A DNA stretch of 51,973 bases, taken from NCBI GenBank assembly GCA_021803245.1, contig JAJZLT010000019.1:1-51973 (forward strand), written 5' to 3'. A program made the translations under genes and the position numbers. Origin of the DNA: Candidatus Micrarchaeota archaeon (GTDB lineage: Archaea; Micrarchaeota; Micrarchaeia; Micrarchaeales; CABMGC01). The notes beneath the pieces are model-generated. The model saw only the letters and a list, made by a program, of their open reading frames with translations. It had not been told where the DNA came from and did no database searches. The first letter of the stretch is position 1, and every line of letters begins with the position of its first letter. Positions 44,324 to 51,973 of this stretch are shown in pieces.

Positions 44324-44626
44324 CTATATGCGTTTGCCAAGTTTGGACAGAGCGTCTATTGCATCTGAAAACTCGAGGCCTGCTTTTGTAAGCAGATATT
44401 CTGAAGACGGATTCTGGGACTTTGAGATGCGCTTGGTTACCAGCCCCCTCGATTCCAAGTACTTCAGTGTTCTTGAAAGTGAAGCGGAGCTCATATTGCA
44501 GTCGCGCTTGATCTGGTTAAACTTAGTATGCCCTATTAAGAGGCATCTCATTATATGCCATTTCTGCTTGGTGCCCATAATATTGATAATTCTTGAAAAG
44601 GAGTCTGCGCTTTGCATAGGTAACAC
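44324..44626 (-). CDS. HxlR-family winged-helix transcriptional regulator
   Basis: KQKWHIMRCLLIGHTKFNQIKRDC.MSSASLSRTLKYLESRGLVTKR matches the HxlR pattern. The likely start is Met 44578 (MGTKQKW). Confidence 0.7.
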   Translation of the reverse strand: MLPMQSADSFSRIINIMGTKQKWHIMRCLLIGHTKFNQIKRDCNMSSASLSRTLKYLESRGLVTKRISKSQNPSSEYLLTKAGLEFSDAIDALSKLGKRI

Positions 44627-44785
44627 TGCCGTTACTTTCTTATTTAAATAGCTAAAATCTTATAAAATATACAGTTGCACAGCCATGATGTCTGCATGCG
44701 CGGAGAGCGATATTGCTTCTGCGAAAATGGCCGTGAAAAGGATTTAGGGAAAAAGGAAAATATTATTGTTAAGGTGAATTAGGAA

Positions 44786-45436
44786 ATGGAGATAATAGAC
44801 CAAAAACTTAGGGAACAGCTTGCTGGCAAGTTTTCAAAGGAGCTGAAGGGGGAAGTAAGGATATGGCTGTTTACCAGCAAGAAAAAGGAGAGCTGCGAAT
44901 ACTGCGACACAGTAACAAAGATAGTGAACGAGATCTGCAGCATTAACGATAAGCTAAAGCTATTCGTCTACGATATAGACGACCATCAGAAAGAGGCCAA
45001 GGTGCTCGGTGTGGAAATGACGCCAGCTATACTGCTTCAGGGTGCAATAGCTTCGCGCATTTATTACTATGGAATGCCTACGGGCTACGAATTCAGCTCC
45101 TTGGTCGAAGATTTAATAGACATTTCGCAATCGAAAAGCAGGCTCTCGAATGCAGCTAAGGAAATAATAAGGGAAATAGACAAAGAGATCGAAATAAAAG
45201 TATTTGTCACTCCGACTTGCCCTTACTGCCCTGCTGCAGTAAGGATGGCACACCAGGCAGCACTTGAAAATACCAATATAAAAGCCAGTATGATTGAAGC
45301 TATGGAATTTTCAGAGCTCTCTGGCAGGTACGGGGTTATGGGAGTGCCCAAAATAGTAATAAATGACCACATCTCTTTCGAAGGTGCAGTTCCCGAGGAG
45401 ACCTTTATCTCATATGTCAAGCAGGCTGCAGAGTGA
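44786..45436 (+). CDS. protein disulfide oxidoreductase (two thioredoxin-fold units, PDO/glutaredoxin-like)
   Basis: 216-aa ORF with two CxxC sites (CEYC and CPYC) in tandem thioredoxin-like halves. Confidence 0.8.
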   Translation: MEIIDQKLREQLAGKFSKELKGEVRIWLFTSKKKESCEYCDTVTKIVNEICSINDKLKLFVYDIDDHQKEAKVLGVEMTPAILLQGAIASRIYYYGMPTGYEFSSLVEDLIDISQSKSRLSNAAKEIIREIDKEIEIKVFVTPTCPYCPAAVRMAHQAALENTNIKASMIEAMEFSELSGRYGVMGVPKIVINDHISFEGAVPEETFISYVKQAAE

Positions 45437-45530
45437 ACCGCAAGACCATTGGCTTTCAAACCTTCTGGTTGCAGGAAGCCGCAGGGCCAGTTTTCTGCAG
45501 ATTCACTGCTCCCTGGCCGATTGCCTATGC

Positions 45531-47060
45531 TTAACCTGAAACTGCCGTAACATTCGTCTGCGCCCTTGCCCCATCTTCTCCCTGTATTACTAATTTATAC
45601 ACATCGCCAGAGGCAAGTGTGCCATGCAGTATGCTGTTGTCGCTGTGCGACCCAAGAACTCCGGTAAAGTGAAGTGTGACTGACTGGTTGGCGTTTAGAA
45701 CGATTCCGTTGCTCTCCACTTCTCCCTCTGCCATAGGCAGACTCAGCGAATCGTTGCTGTCTATAGCAAACAGCAGGGACATTTTATGTTCGCTCTCACG
45801 GCGAAGTAGTGCCGCAGATGCTTTCATTTCTGCCCCGTTGATTTCTTGCCTGGATGAATTGGCCCAATCGCCGCTGCAGACGCTGCCATTAAATGCTAAC
45901 TGGACTCCTCCTGCAAACCCTCCGGTCACGTCTATTGAGTTATTCAGGTGGAAATAATCCTTGAATTCTGTTTCGTTGAATTTACCACTGGTGTTCGATG
46001 AGGACTTTTCACGGCTATTTCCGATGCTGCCATATCCTGAAATACTCAGATTCGCGCTGCCGCTGATTCCCGAATCGTTACCTTCGGTAGAAACGGAAGA
46101 GGATGCATTTGCATTGGCGCCCGTCTGGTTTAGATGATTATAGTATTCTGTGCACATGTTACTCAGCCTTTTTACAGATACGTTCACGAAGTTGTTTATC
46201 TTGTCTTCTACGCGCGAGCTGTTGAAACGGACACTAATGTTACCGAAAACGCTTAAGTGCCTTAGAATAACGCTGCTGTTTGAATTGTCCTTCACTGTGA
46301 CTGAGATATAAGTCACATTGTCTGCACCCACGCTTATAGATGCGTTTGCTATTGTTATGTTTGATGCCGCATACTTAAGCTCAGCATGCTCTTTTGCGGT
46401 TAATTTTGCTTTCTCGCCTACGTGAGCATTCGCGGAAGCGGACGCATTGGCAACTATGATTGCTCTTAATGAAGGCACCATAACGAAGATGGTTGAATTG
46501 TCAGTGACTATTTCTGCAACTGTTGGAGAAAGATCAAGCAGTATTCCGGAAGAGCTGTTCACTTGCTCATCGTTTATGTGAGCTGTGACTTCGCCGCTTG
46601 GAACTGTTACATTGTAAGTGGTACCGTTTATCACTATCGAAGCGGAAGTTATATTGAACCTTGCCATATTTATTCTGGCTCCTGCGGGAATGGAAATCGT
46701 GCTTATTGTCTGGCTTAGGTTCACTATGGAAAGGAGATCTATGCTGCCGTTTTCTTTTGCAGATATCCAGCCTGATTGGTTTCCTGCGTTGCTGAGATGA
46801 ACCTGCTCACTGGAATATGCTATGACAAGAGATTGGGTACCGGATGGCACTTCCGGAGGATCGGTAAGCTGCATTGGAACGTTTACGGTGCCGTTTTGGT
46901 ACTGGGTTTGCGTGCTTTGATTTGAAGAGCTCTGCTGGCTGACTGGCAGCGTAGCAGCTGGTTTGGATGGCGCATATAAGAAAACAGCTGCACCTATTAT
47001 TATCAGTATTATTATGACTGCACCTATTATATAGGGCGTATTGTTTGCCATAGATTTCAC
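45531..47060 (-). CDS. membrane-anchored, sequon-rich surface protein with a DUF4382-like N-terminal domain
   Basis: 509 aa with an N-terminal TM anchor. MQLTDPPEV...IDLLSIVNLSQTISTISIPAGARINMARFNITSASIVINGTTYNVTVPSGEV resembles DUF4382. Dozens of N-x-S/T sequons. Confidence 0.6.
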   Translation of the reverse strand: MKSMANNTPYIIGAVIIILIIIGAAVFLYAPSKPAATLPVSQQSSSNQSTQTQYQNGTVNVPMQLTDPPEVPSGTQSLVIAYSSEQVHLSNAGNQSGWISAKENGSIDLLSIVNLSQTISTISIPAGARINMARFNITSASIVINGTTYNVTVPSGEVTAHINDEQVNSSSGILLDLSPTVAEIVTDNSTIFVMVPSLRAIIVANASASANAHVGEKAKLTAKEHAELKYAASNITIANASISVGADNVTYISVTVKDNSNSSVILRHLSVFGNISVRFNSSRVEDKINNFVNVSVKRLSNMCTEYYNHLNQTGANANASSSVSTEGNDSGISGSANLSISGYGSIGNSREKSSSNTSGKFNETEFKDYFHLNNSIDVTGGFAGGVQLAFNGSVCSGDWANSSRQEINGAEMKASAALLRRESEHKMSLLFAIDSNDSLSLPMAEGEVESNGIVLNANQSVTLHFTGVLGSHSDNSILHGTLASGDVYKLVIQGEDGARAQTNVTAVSG

Positions 47061-47249
47061 TCAATTATATTTTAGTCAGCATGCAAGATTTATAAACACT
47101 TGTTTTAATTTCGGTATAAATAAGACTGACGGAACAAAGCAATTGGCTTGCATTCAGATCCGATAGAAAGGCTAGCGCAATCGCCAGACATGGCAAGCGC
47201 GAAGCATAATGATACATGCCAATTAGCGTGCACTGCTGCCCTTCTTGGT

Positions 47250-47972
47250 TTATTTTGTACGCCACTGCGTGAGCGGCTTAGCTATGGCAAAGTATACTGC
47301 TGTTTCTACTACGAGGACTATTGGAGCATACCAGAGGAATGGTGTAAGCCCCGCCATATTCTGCACCATTATGGCTGCAGAAGTTACTGGGGAGAGCATG
47401 AAGATATAAAGCAGGGGCTTTGCCAGCGCAGTATATTTGTAAAATAATGGAGGAATAAACGTAAAGACAACTGTCAGTATGCCCAGGAAACCCCAGACAT
47501 TGCGCAAGTGCCTTGGAATCGATGCAAGTATAAGCGAGATTGCGGAGACTGAGACTGCAAGAAGCACAAGTATTGGCGCTATGGCAATCAGCCAGAGTGC
47601 AGGCAGGAGGTGCATGAAGAGCACTATGACTATGTAAACAAGTATTCCTGGCATGGAAAATATCAGATTGCTAAAAGAGATTGCAAGCATGTAGTCCAGC
47701 ACGCTTATGTCAGTAGCCACGAAAAGATCCTGCAGCTTGAGCTCTATCCTGTTCATTGCCGCATCCGAAAGCCCGTAAAGCGCACCGGTAGCCGTTACGG
47801 ATATTAAGCCGCCTATTACTGCGAGTGGTATCAGTGCTCCTCCAGATATAATGCCAAACAGGAAGAGCAATGCCAATGGAGTAATCATGTATCCAAGAGT
47901 ATATGAGAAGCCACGCTTTATGGCGGTTGTGCCTGTTATCCAGGCATATAAGGAGATGAATCGAAAGTTCAC
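47250..47972 (-). CDS. ABC-2 type transporter permease
   Basis: 240 aa with 6 hydrophobic segments. Its start overlaps the stop of the upstream ATPase gene by 4 nt. Confidence 0.7.
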   Translation of the reverse strand: MNFRFISLYAWITGTTAIKRGFSYTLGYMITPLALLFLFGIISGGALIPLAVIGGLISVTATGALYGLSDAAMNRIELKLQDLFVATDISVLDYMLAISFSNLIFSMPGILVYIVIVLFMHLLPALWLIAIAPILVLLAVSVSAISLILASIPRHLRNVWGFLGILTVVFTFIPPLFYKYTALAKPLLYIFMLSPVTSAAIMVQNMAGLTPFLWYAPIVLVVETAVYFAIAKPLTQWRTK

Positions 47973-48802
47973 TTATCTTCGCCTTTCATTATGAAGAGGT
48001 CTTCAAGATCTACAGGCTTGACAATATAGCCGCGTTCCGCATACCTGCCCGCCTCGCTTGCCTTGACATATGAGATTGCAATGCCGCCTATCTTATATTC
48101 GCCTTCTTCGCTCGTGGTTGATTCTACCCGTACCATGCCGGCGCTTTTTCTCAATAGCCTTTCAACAGTGCCGTGCGCCTTGGCCCTGCCTCCATCTATC
48201 ATGACTATGTCTTTTGTCAGCTCCTTCGCTTCTTCTATATAATGCGTTGTCAGCACCATCTTGCTACCCAGGCTTCTCAGCGCAGACCACACTTCTATAC
48301 GCGAAATTGGATCAAGGCCCACAGTAGGCTCGTCGAGGAAGATTATATCAGCATCTGATGCAAGAGCCATTGCCACAAATATCTTTCTCTTCATGCCACC
48401 CGAAAGCTCGTCTGCAGTCTTGTCCCTGAATTCCCAGAGGCCGATGCTCTTCAGCGCACGTGCAGCTTCCTGCCTCGCGTTTGAGAAAGACATGCCTCTT
48501 GCGGTCAGGTATATCTTGATATGCTCTTCCGGAGTAAGATACCCTAATGGGCCTGCTTCCTGCGGCACGCTTACCATCCTCTTCCTAAGCTTGTCCGCAT
48601 CCGTGACAACGTCATATCCGTCTATCGTGGCATGCCCGCCTGTAGGAAGCAATTGAGTGGAGAGTATCCTTAGCAGTGTTGTCTTGCCTGCCCCGTTCCT
48701 GCCCAGCACCGCAGTAGCCTTCTCCTTCAGGGTAAGATCTATCCCCTTCAGGGCGTAGGTGCCGTCGCCATACTTCTTTTTAAGGCCCTTTATCTCTATC
48801 AT
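47969..48802 (-). CDS. ABC transporter ATP-binding protein
   Basis: Walker A GRNGAGKTT, signature LSGGMKRK, Walker B IIFLDEPT and H-loop TTHY. Confidence 0.9.
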   Translation of the reverse strand: MIEIKGLKKKYGDGTYALKGIDLTLKEKATAVLGRNGAGKTTLLRILSTQLLPTGGHATIDGYDVVTDADKLRKRMVSVPQEAGPLGYLTPEEHIKIYLTARGMSFSNARQEAARALKSIGLWEFRDKTADELSGGMKRKIFVAMALASDADIIFLDEPTVGLDPISRIEVWSALRSLGSKMVLTTHYIEEAKELTKDIVMIDGGRAKAHGTVERLLRKSAGMVRVESTTSEEGEYKIGGIAISYVKASEAGRYAERGYIVKPVDLEDLFIMKGEDK

Positions 48803-48962
48803 AAATACAACAGTAGAGTAGAATAGGCGTAAATATTAATAAATGGCGCAGCTGCCCGGTATTTCTTTGGGAAAAGTGGTTCACGGCGCCTTTCAGCTCT
48901 TTCAGCTGGCGAAATTAAGCTCTGCGCTTTGCTCCTTCACGAGGTTCAGGAACTGAACGTAA

Positions 48963-49027
48963 TCGAACCCGCTTTTTGCGCTTTTGGGCTTGGAAGAATA
49001 GGCTTGATGTTCTCTTTTCGAACCCGC
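48963..49027 (-). repeat. two copies of a tRNA T-arm-like 10-mer downstream of tRNA-Glu
   Basis: The plus strand has TCGAACCCGC at 48963-48972 and 49018-49027. The genuine T arm TTGAACCCGG lies at 49065-49074. The proximal copy is followed by GAGAACATC, which resembles the tRNA 3' end GGAGCATC. Confidence 0.5.
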
Positions 49028-49049
49028 GCCTGACGGCGAAAATGCCAGA

Positions 49050-49124
49050 TGCTCCCGCCGGGATTTGAACCCGGGTCGCAAGCGTGAGAGGCTTGCGTCC
49101 TTGACCGGACTAGACGACAGGAGC
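49050..49124 (-). tRNA. tRNA-Glu (anticodon CUC)
   Basis: Hand-folded cloverleaf. Acceptor GCTCCTG/CGGGAGC (one G-U), D stem GTCT/GGAC, anticodon stem CAAGC/GCTTG with loop CTCTCAC, T arm CCGGG-TTCAAAT-CCCGG, discriminator A. No intron. Confidence 0.9.
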
Positions 49125-49185
49125 ATGAGCCAGGTATTTTATTATTTTGCTCACCATTATTTATAAGTAATGATTGCGTGATCGG
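49125..49185. promoter_or_regulatory. divergent promoter region (tRNA-Glu / RFC large subunit)
   Basis: 61-nt AT-rich spacer. TTTATAA at 49160-49166 lies about 23 nt upstream of the RFC ATG, implying a leaderless mRNA. An A/T tract at 49135-49148 faces the tRNA. Confidence 0.45.
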
Positions 49186-50415
49186 ATGCTCTGCGAAAAG
49201 TATGAACCAACGACTCTCGGCCAGCTAATAGGCAACAGCGAAGCGAGGAAGAAGATTGCAGTATTTATCTCTGACATAGTCAACGGAAAACAGAGGAAGC
49301 CGCTGCTGCTCTTTGGGCCGTCTGGGACCGGAAAGACTGCAGCCATACATGCAGCTGCAGCGTCAAACGGATTCGGAGTCCTGGAACTTAGCGGAAGCGA
49401 TTACAGAAATGTGGAGAAGCTCAAGAAAACGCTGGTGCCCGCAACTAGGAGCAAAGGCCTTTTTAACAAGACAGTACTTGTCCTTCTCGACGAGATAGAC
49501 GAGCTTTCTGGAAAGTTTGACTCAGGCGCAGAGCGCGTGATATCTGAAGTAATTAAGACTTCGTTGCAGCCGATAATCTTCACTGCAAACGACTTCTGGG
49601 ACAGGAAGATAGAATTCCTCAGGAACAGCGTGGAAAAGGTGGAATTCAAGAAAGTGAGCGATTATGACATTGCATTGTTCCTGAAGGAGATAGCCAAGCG
49701 TGAAGGATGCCTTGTTAAAGATGAAGTAGTAGATACAATTTCCAAAAGGAGCAATGGAGACGTACGAGGCGCCATGAACGACCTTGAGGCTATGCTCGGC
49801 TCAGGGATCGAGCTTCTTGATAATCTGGGAGTAAGGGATGCGAAGATAGAGGTTTTTGGGGTCCTGGACAAGATTTTCAAGACCTCAAGCTTTGACATCG
49901 CCAAGAATGCAGCTGTAAGGAGCGAGATAGACCTGGAGATGCTGATTAACTGGGTAGACGAGAACATACCTAACAGGTACAGATCAAAAAGGGATATTGA
50001 AAGAGCGTACTCTGCGCTTGCAGAGGCGAGCAAACTCTCGAATAACGCCACAAGGACAAACTATTACGGCTATCTCAGATATGCGCAGATTCTTGCTTCT
50101 TCCGGAGTCTCGCTTGCAGGAAGCGGCAATGTCACTATGCTAACCCCGTATGCATTCCCGACCAGGATAAGGTTTCTTAGCGCTACAAAAAAGACCAGGT
50201 CTGGCAATAATGCGATAGCAGAAAAGCTCTCCACTGTGCTGCACTCAAGTTCTAAGCAGATAATAAACAGCTACCTGCCGCTGATAAGATCTATGCTCAG
50301 GAACCTTGAAACTGTTTATGGCGAGGAAAAGATGATGGAGATGGCTTATTCCTCATTCAGGCTCGATGAGGATGATGTCAAATTTATAATAAGCGTGGCC
50401 GGACCCGTCCGATAG
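49186..50415 (+). CDS. rfcL: replication factor C large subunit
   Basis: MLCEKYEPTTLGQLIGN, Walker A GPSGTGKTA, Walker B LLDEIDEL and sensor FTAND. Start placed at ATG 49186. Confidence 0.8.
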   Translation: MLCEKYEPTTLGQLIGNSEARKKIAVFISDIVNGKQRKPLLLFGPSGTGKTAAIHAAAASNGFGVLELSGSDYRNVEKLKKTLVPATRSKGLFNKTVLVLLDEIDELSGKFDSGAERVISEVIKTSLQPIIFTANDFWDRKIEFLRNSVEKVEFKKVSDYDIALFLKEIAKREGCLVKDEVVDTISKRSNGDVRGAMNDLEAMLGSGIELLDNLGVRDAKIEVFGVLDKIFKTSSFDIAKNAAVRSEIDLEMLINWVDENIPNRYRSKRDIERAYSALAEASKLSNNATRTNYYGYLRYAQILASSGVSLAGSGNVTMLTPYAFPTRIRFLSATKKTRSGNNAIAEKLSTVLHSSSKQIINSYLPLIRSMLRNLETVYGEEKMMEMAYSSFRLDEDDVKFIISVAGPVR

Positions 50416-50422
50416 GTCTTGC

Positions 50423-51973
50423 TCATTTCGCCTGCAGCTCAAGCTCCATGGCAGTGACCGGCTCCTCTATCCCGAAGTTGGCAAGCACCTCCGGATGCAG
50501 CTCGCCGAAGAACCCTATTTCCTTCTTTCCAAGCAGTATGCTTGCACATCGGCCTTCTATGAAGCTTTTGTGCTCTTTCTTTGCCACTCCCATATCAAGG
50601 CCAAGCAGATATGCCATCCCTTCGACCACAGACTTAATGTAATTAAAATTGGATTTTGGATCAGCAGAGACAGCCGCGAGGTGGTACGACTCTTTCGGCA
50701 TGCCTTTTTCAACAGCAAAGACCATATCGTATTCGTATATGCGCTGCGGCATCTTCTCGTGCACCGATAATGCAAGATTCTTCATAAGCGAAGGAAGCAG
50801 CCATGTGCGCATCATGTTTATTGTCCTTGCCTTTGGATTCTTCAGCCTGGCAGCATCCTCACTTCTCTTGATCATCATTTTATCGTAGTTTATCTCGTCG
50901 TTGGTAAGATAGGAATTCATCATCTCGCTGAATCCCATACCAGTCATGATGTCGGATATGCTTCCGGCTATTTTTGTGTTGCCTTCCAGTTCGCCTTTCT
51001 GCCACGCAATTATCGGCAAAGGTTGTATGTAATCGTATCCATACCCTATCGCTATGTCTTCTATCACATCCTGTTCATTGAAGACATCAAGACGGTACTC
51101 CGGAATGCGGAACCTTACCTTATTGCCTATTGCTGCGGCGTCATAGCCCATCTTGTTTGCAAGCGAAAGTATGTTATTTGGGCCTATCATGACGCCGATC
51201 TGGGCCTGTGCCATGTACATTTGCATTGTGATGTAGCCTGTGCTCATTTCCGGAAAGATGCGCTCTTTATTGCCAGAAATTACCCTGACTTTTCGCACAT
51301 CCGCCTTCATGTCCATGAACATGCATGCAAGCATGTCTGCAGTTTTCTTGACGAGCCATTCGGATGTGCCGGTAATATCTACCAGCATATCCTTTGTTTT
51401 CTGGCTGATCCGGGTCCTCTCTGAATTTAATATCGGTATGAGCGAGAGCGTGCCGTTGCTATCCTTCAGAGCCGGATATAGATTCTTCCTGTTGCTTATT
51501 GTCCATCCATATTCGATCCCCTTGGGCTCCCCTGATATTACCTCGCTGTATTTCATCTGCGCAGTCTTGTTTAATGGGATATAATACTCGTCGCCATACG
51601 CGTCATATGCAAGGCTCTTTGCATCCACCCTGCCGAGATCGTGAATGCCTATTGCAAGCTTCTTCCTGCTTCTCCCGTGAGTTTCGCTGAATTTCTCTGC
51701 GAAGTTCATCATGTCCGAGACTGACTCCTCTGTCAGCGAAGCATTTTTTACCACAATCGCAGAAAAAAACGGGCGTATGCTCTTAACGTTCCTGCCTACC
51801 CTGATGGTAAGCTCGGGTTCGCCCTCGCCAACCGAATAGGAGTAATGCTTTGTCTTGTGCATAAAATTTCTTAGTGCCCTGGCTATGCCTACCGCGCCGA
51901 GCAGGTCTGGCCTGTTTGCACTTATCTCCAGGCTTATTGAATCTTCAGACTCGGCTTCGATGCCGATTCCCAG
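50423..51973 (-). CDS. pheT: phenylalanyl-tRNA synthetase beta subunit (5' end outside the window)
   Basis: The frame stays open upstream of Met 51862 to the window edge (..ISANRPDLLGAVGIARALRNF MHKTKHYSY..), a typical archaeal PheT B3/4 region. C-terminal FGELHPEVL. Confidence 0.85.
   Translation of the reverse strand: MGIGIEAESEDSISLEISANRPDLLGAVGIARALRNFMHKTKHYSYSVGEGEPELTIRVGRNVKSIRPFFSAIVVKNASLTEESVSDMMNFAEKFSETHGRSRKKLAIGIHDLGRVDAKSLAYDAYGDEYYIPLNKTAQMKYSEVISGEPKGIEYGWTISNRKNLYPALKDSNGTLSLIPILNSERTRISQKTKDMLVDITGTSEWLVKKTADMLACMFMDMKADVRKVRVISGNKERIFPEMSTGYITMQMYMAQAQIGVMIGPNNILSLANKMGYDAAAIGNKVRFRIPEYRLDVFNEQDVIEDIAIGYGYDYIQPLPIIAWQKGELEGNTKIAGSISDIMTGMGFSEMMNSYLTNDEINYDKMMIKRSEDAARLKNPKARTINMMRTWLLPSLMKNLALSVHEKMPQRIYEYDMVFAVEKGMPKESYHLAAVSADPKSNFNYIKSVVEGMAYLLGLDMGVAKKEHKSFIEGRCASILLGKKEIGFFGELHPEVLANFGIEEPVTAMELELQAK

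Noticed and set aside
1266-47060. Search for type IV pilin-like (class III) signal peptides in the exported proteins at 1266-1883, 16062-17228, 17335-19200 and 45531-47060.
   Set aside because: None has the charged residue followed by Gly/Ala directly preceding the hydrophobic helix. They look like ordinary N-terminal anchors or Sec signals, so no pilin is called.
47065-47265. 66-aa minus-strand ORF between the surface protein and the ABC permease.
   Set aside because: It has no motif, overlaps the end of the permease gene region, and sits in a spacer with inverted repeats that looks like a promoter/terminator.
48902-49126. 74-aa minus-strand ORF.
   Set aside because: It overlaps the whole tRNA-Glu gene and its trailer. 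The apparent peptide repeats (GFKSRREH / GSKREH) are just translations of the T-arm-like DNA repeats.
1-51973. CRISPR arrays, IS elements, integrases, toxin-antitoxin pairs and known defence genes.
   Set aside because: I saw no regularly spaced direct repeats and no transposase, integrase or nuclease-type ORFs in any frame. This was by-eye inspection only; a repeat finder was not run.

Overview
This is a gene-dense archaeal chromosomal segment of about 52 kb, with roughly 90% coding and about 60 genes. Archaeal identity is supported by GatD/GatE, aIF5A, aIF6, aEF-1beta, Rpo11, the RFC large subunit, eukaryote-type ribosomal proteins (L31e, L39e, S19e, S24e, S27ae) and mevalonate-pathway genes. 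A thermopsin-like protease and a free-standing 5S rRNA gene hint at an acidophilic Thermoplasmata- or Micrarchaeota-like lineage, but I cannot assign taxonomy from sequence alone. Most of the window is housekeeping. It holds an sdhA-X-sdhB-fumarase operon, the S19e/PDCD5/L39e/L31e/aIF6 cluster next to pfdA-ftsY, and rpoL-DUF99. It also holds aEF-1beta with a Zn-ribbon gene, tRNA-Arg(GCG), mvk, the HMG-CoA synthase/thiolase/DUF35 operon, 5S rRNA and gatDE. The remaining housekeeping genes are a MiaB-like enzyme, ileS, S27ae/S24e/aIF5A, tRNA-Glu(CUC), the RFC large subunit and pheT (truncated at the window edge). I found no CRISPR array, transposase or integrase. Eight places are worth a second look. 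(1) The succinate dehydrogenase operon has no canonical anchor genes; it has a small 3-TM ORF and a 2-TM extension in frame with SdhB. (2) An AT-rich island encodes a thermopsin-like protein and a 621-aa secreted protein with a LamG-like segment. (3) A GC-rich gene with many CGN Arg codons encodes what looks like a catalytically dead FlaI/VirB11-type ATPase core, next to a small wHTH gene and the 5S gene. (4) An intact secretion/pilus ATPase stands alone without partner genes. (5) A long-range inverted repeat, possibly a structured RNA, follows tRNA-Arg. (6) A 556-nt spacer upstream of mvk has no ORF and several hairpins. (7) T-arm-like repeat debris trails tRNA-Glu. (8) Two ribosomal proteins carry Lys-rich tails. 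All calls rest on reading the ORF translations and DNA by eye. No database search or folding program was run.
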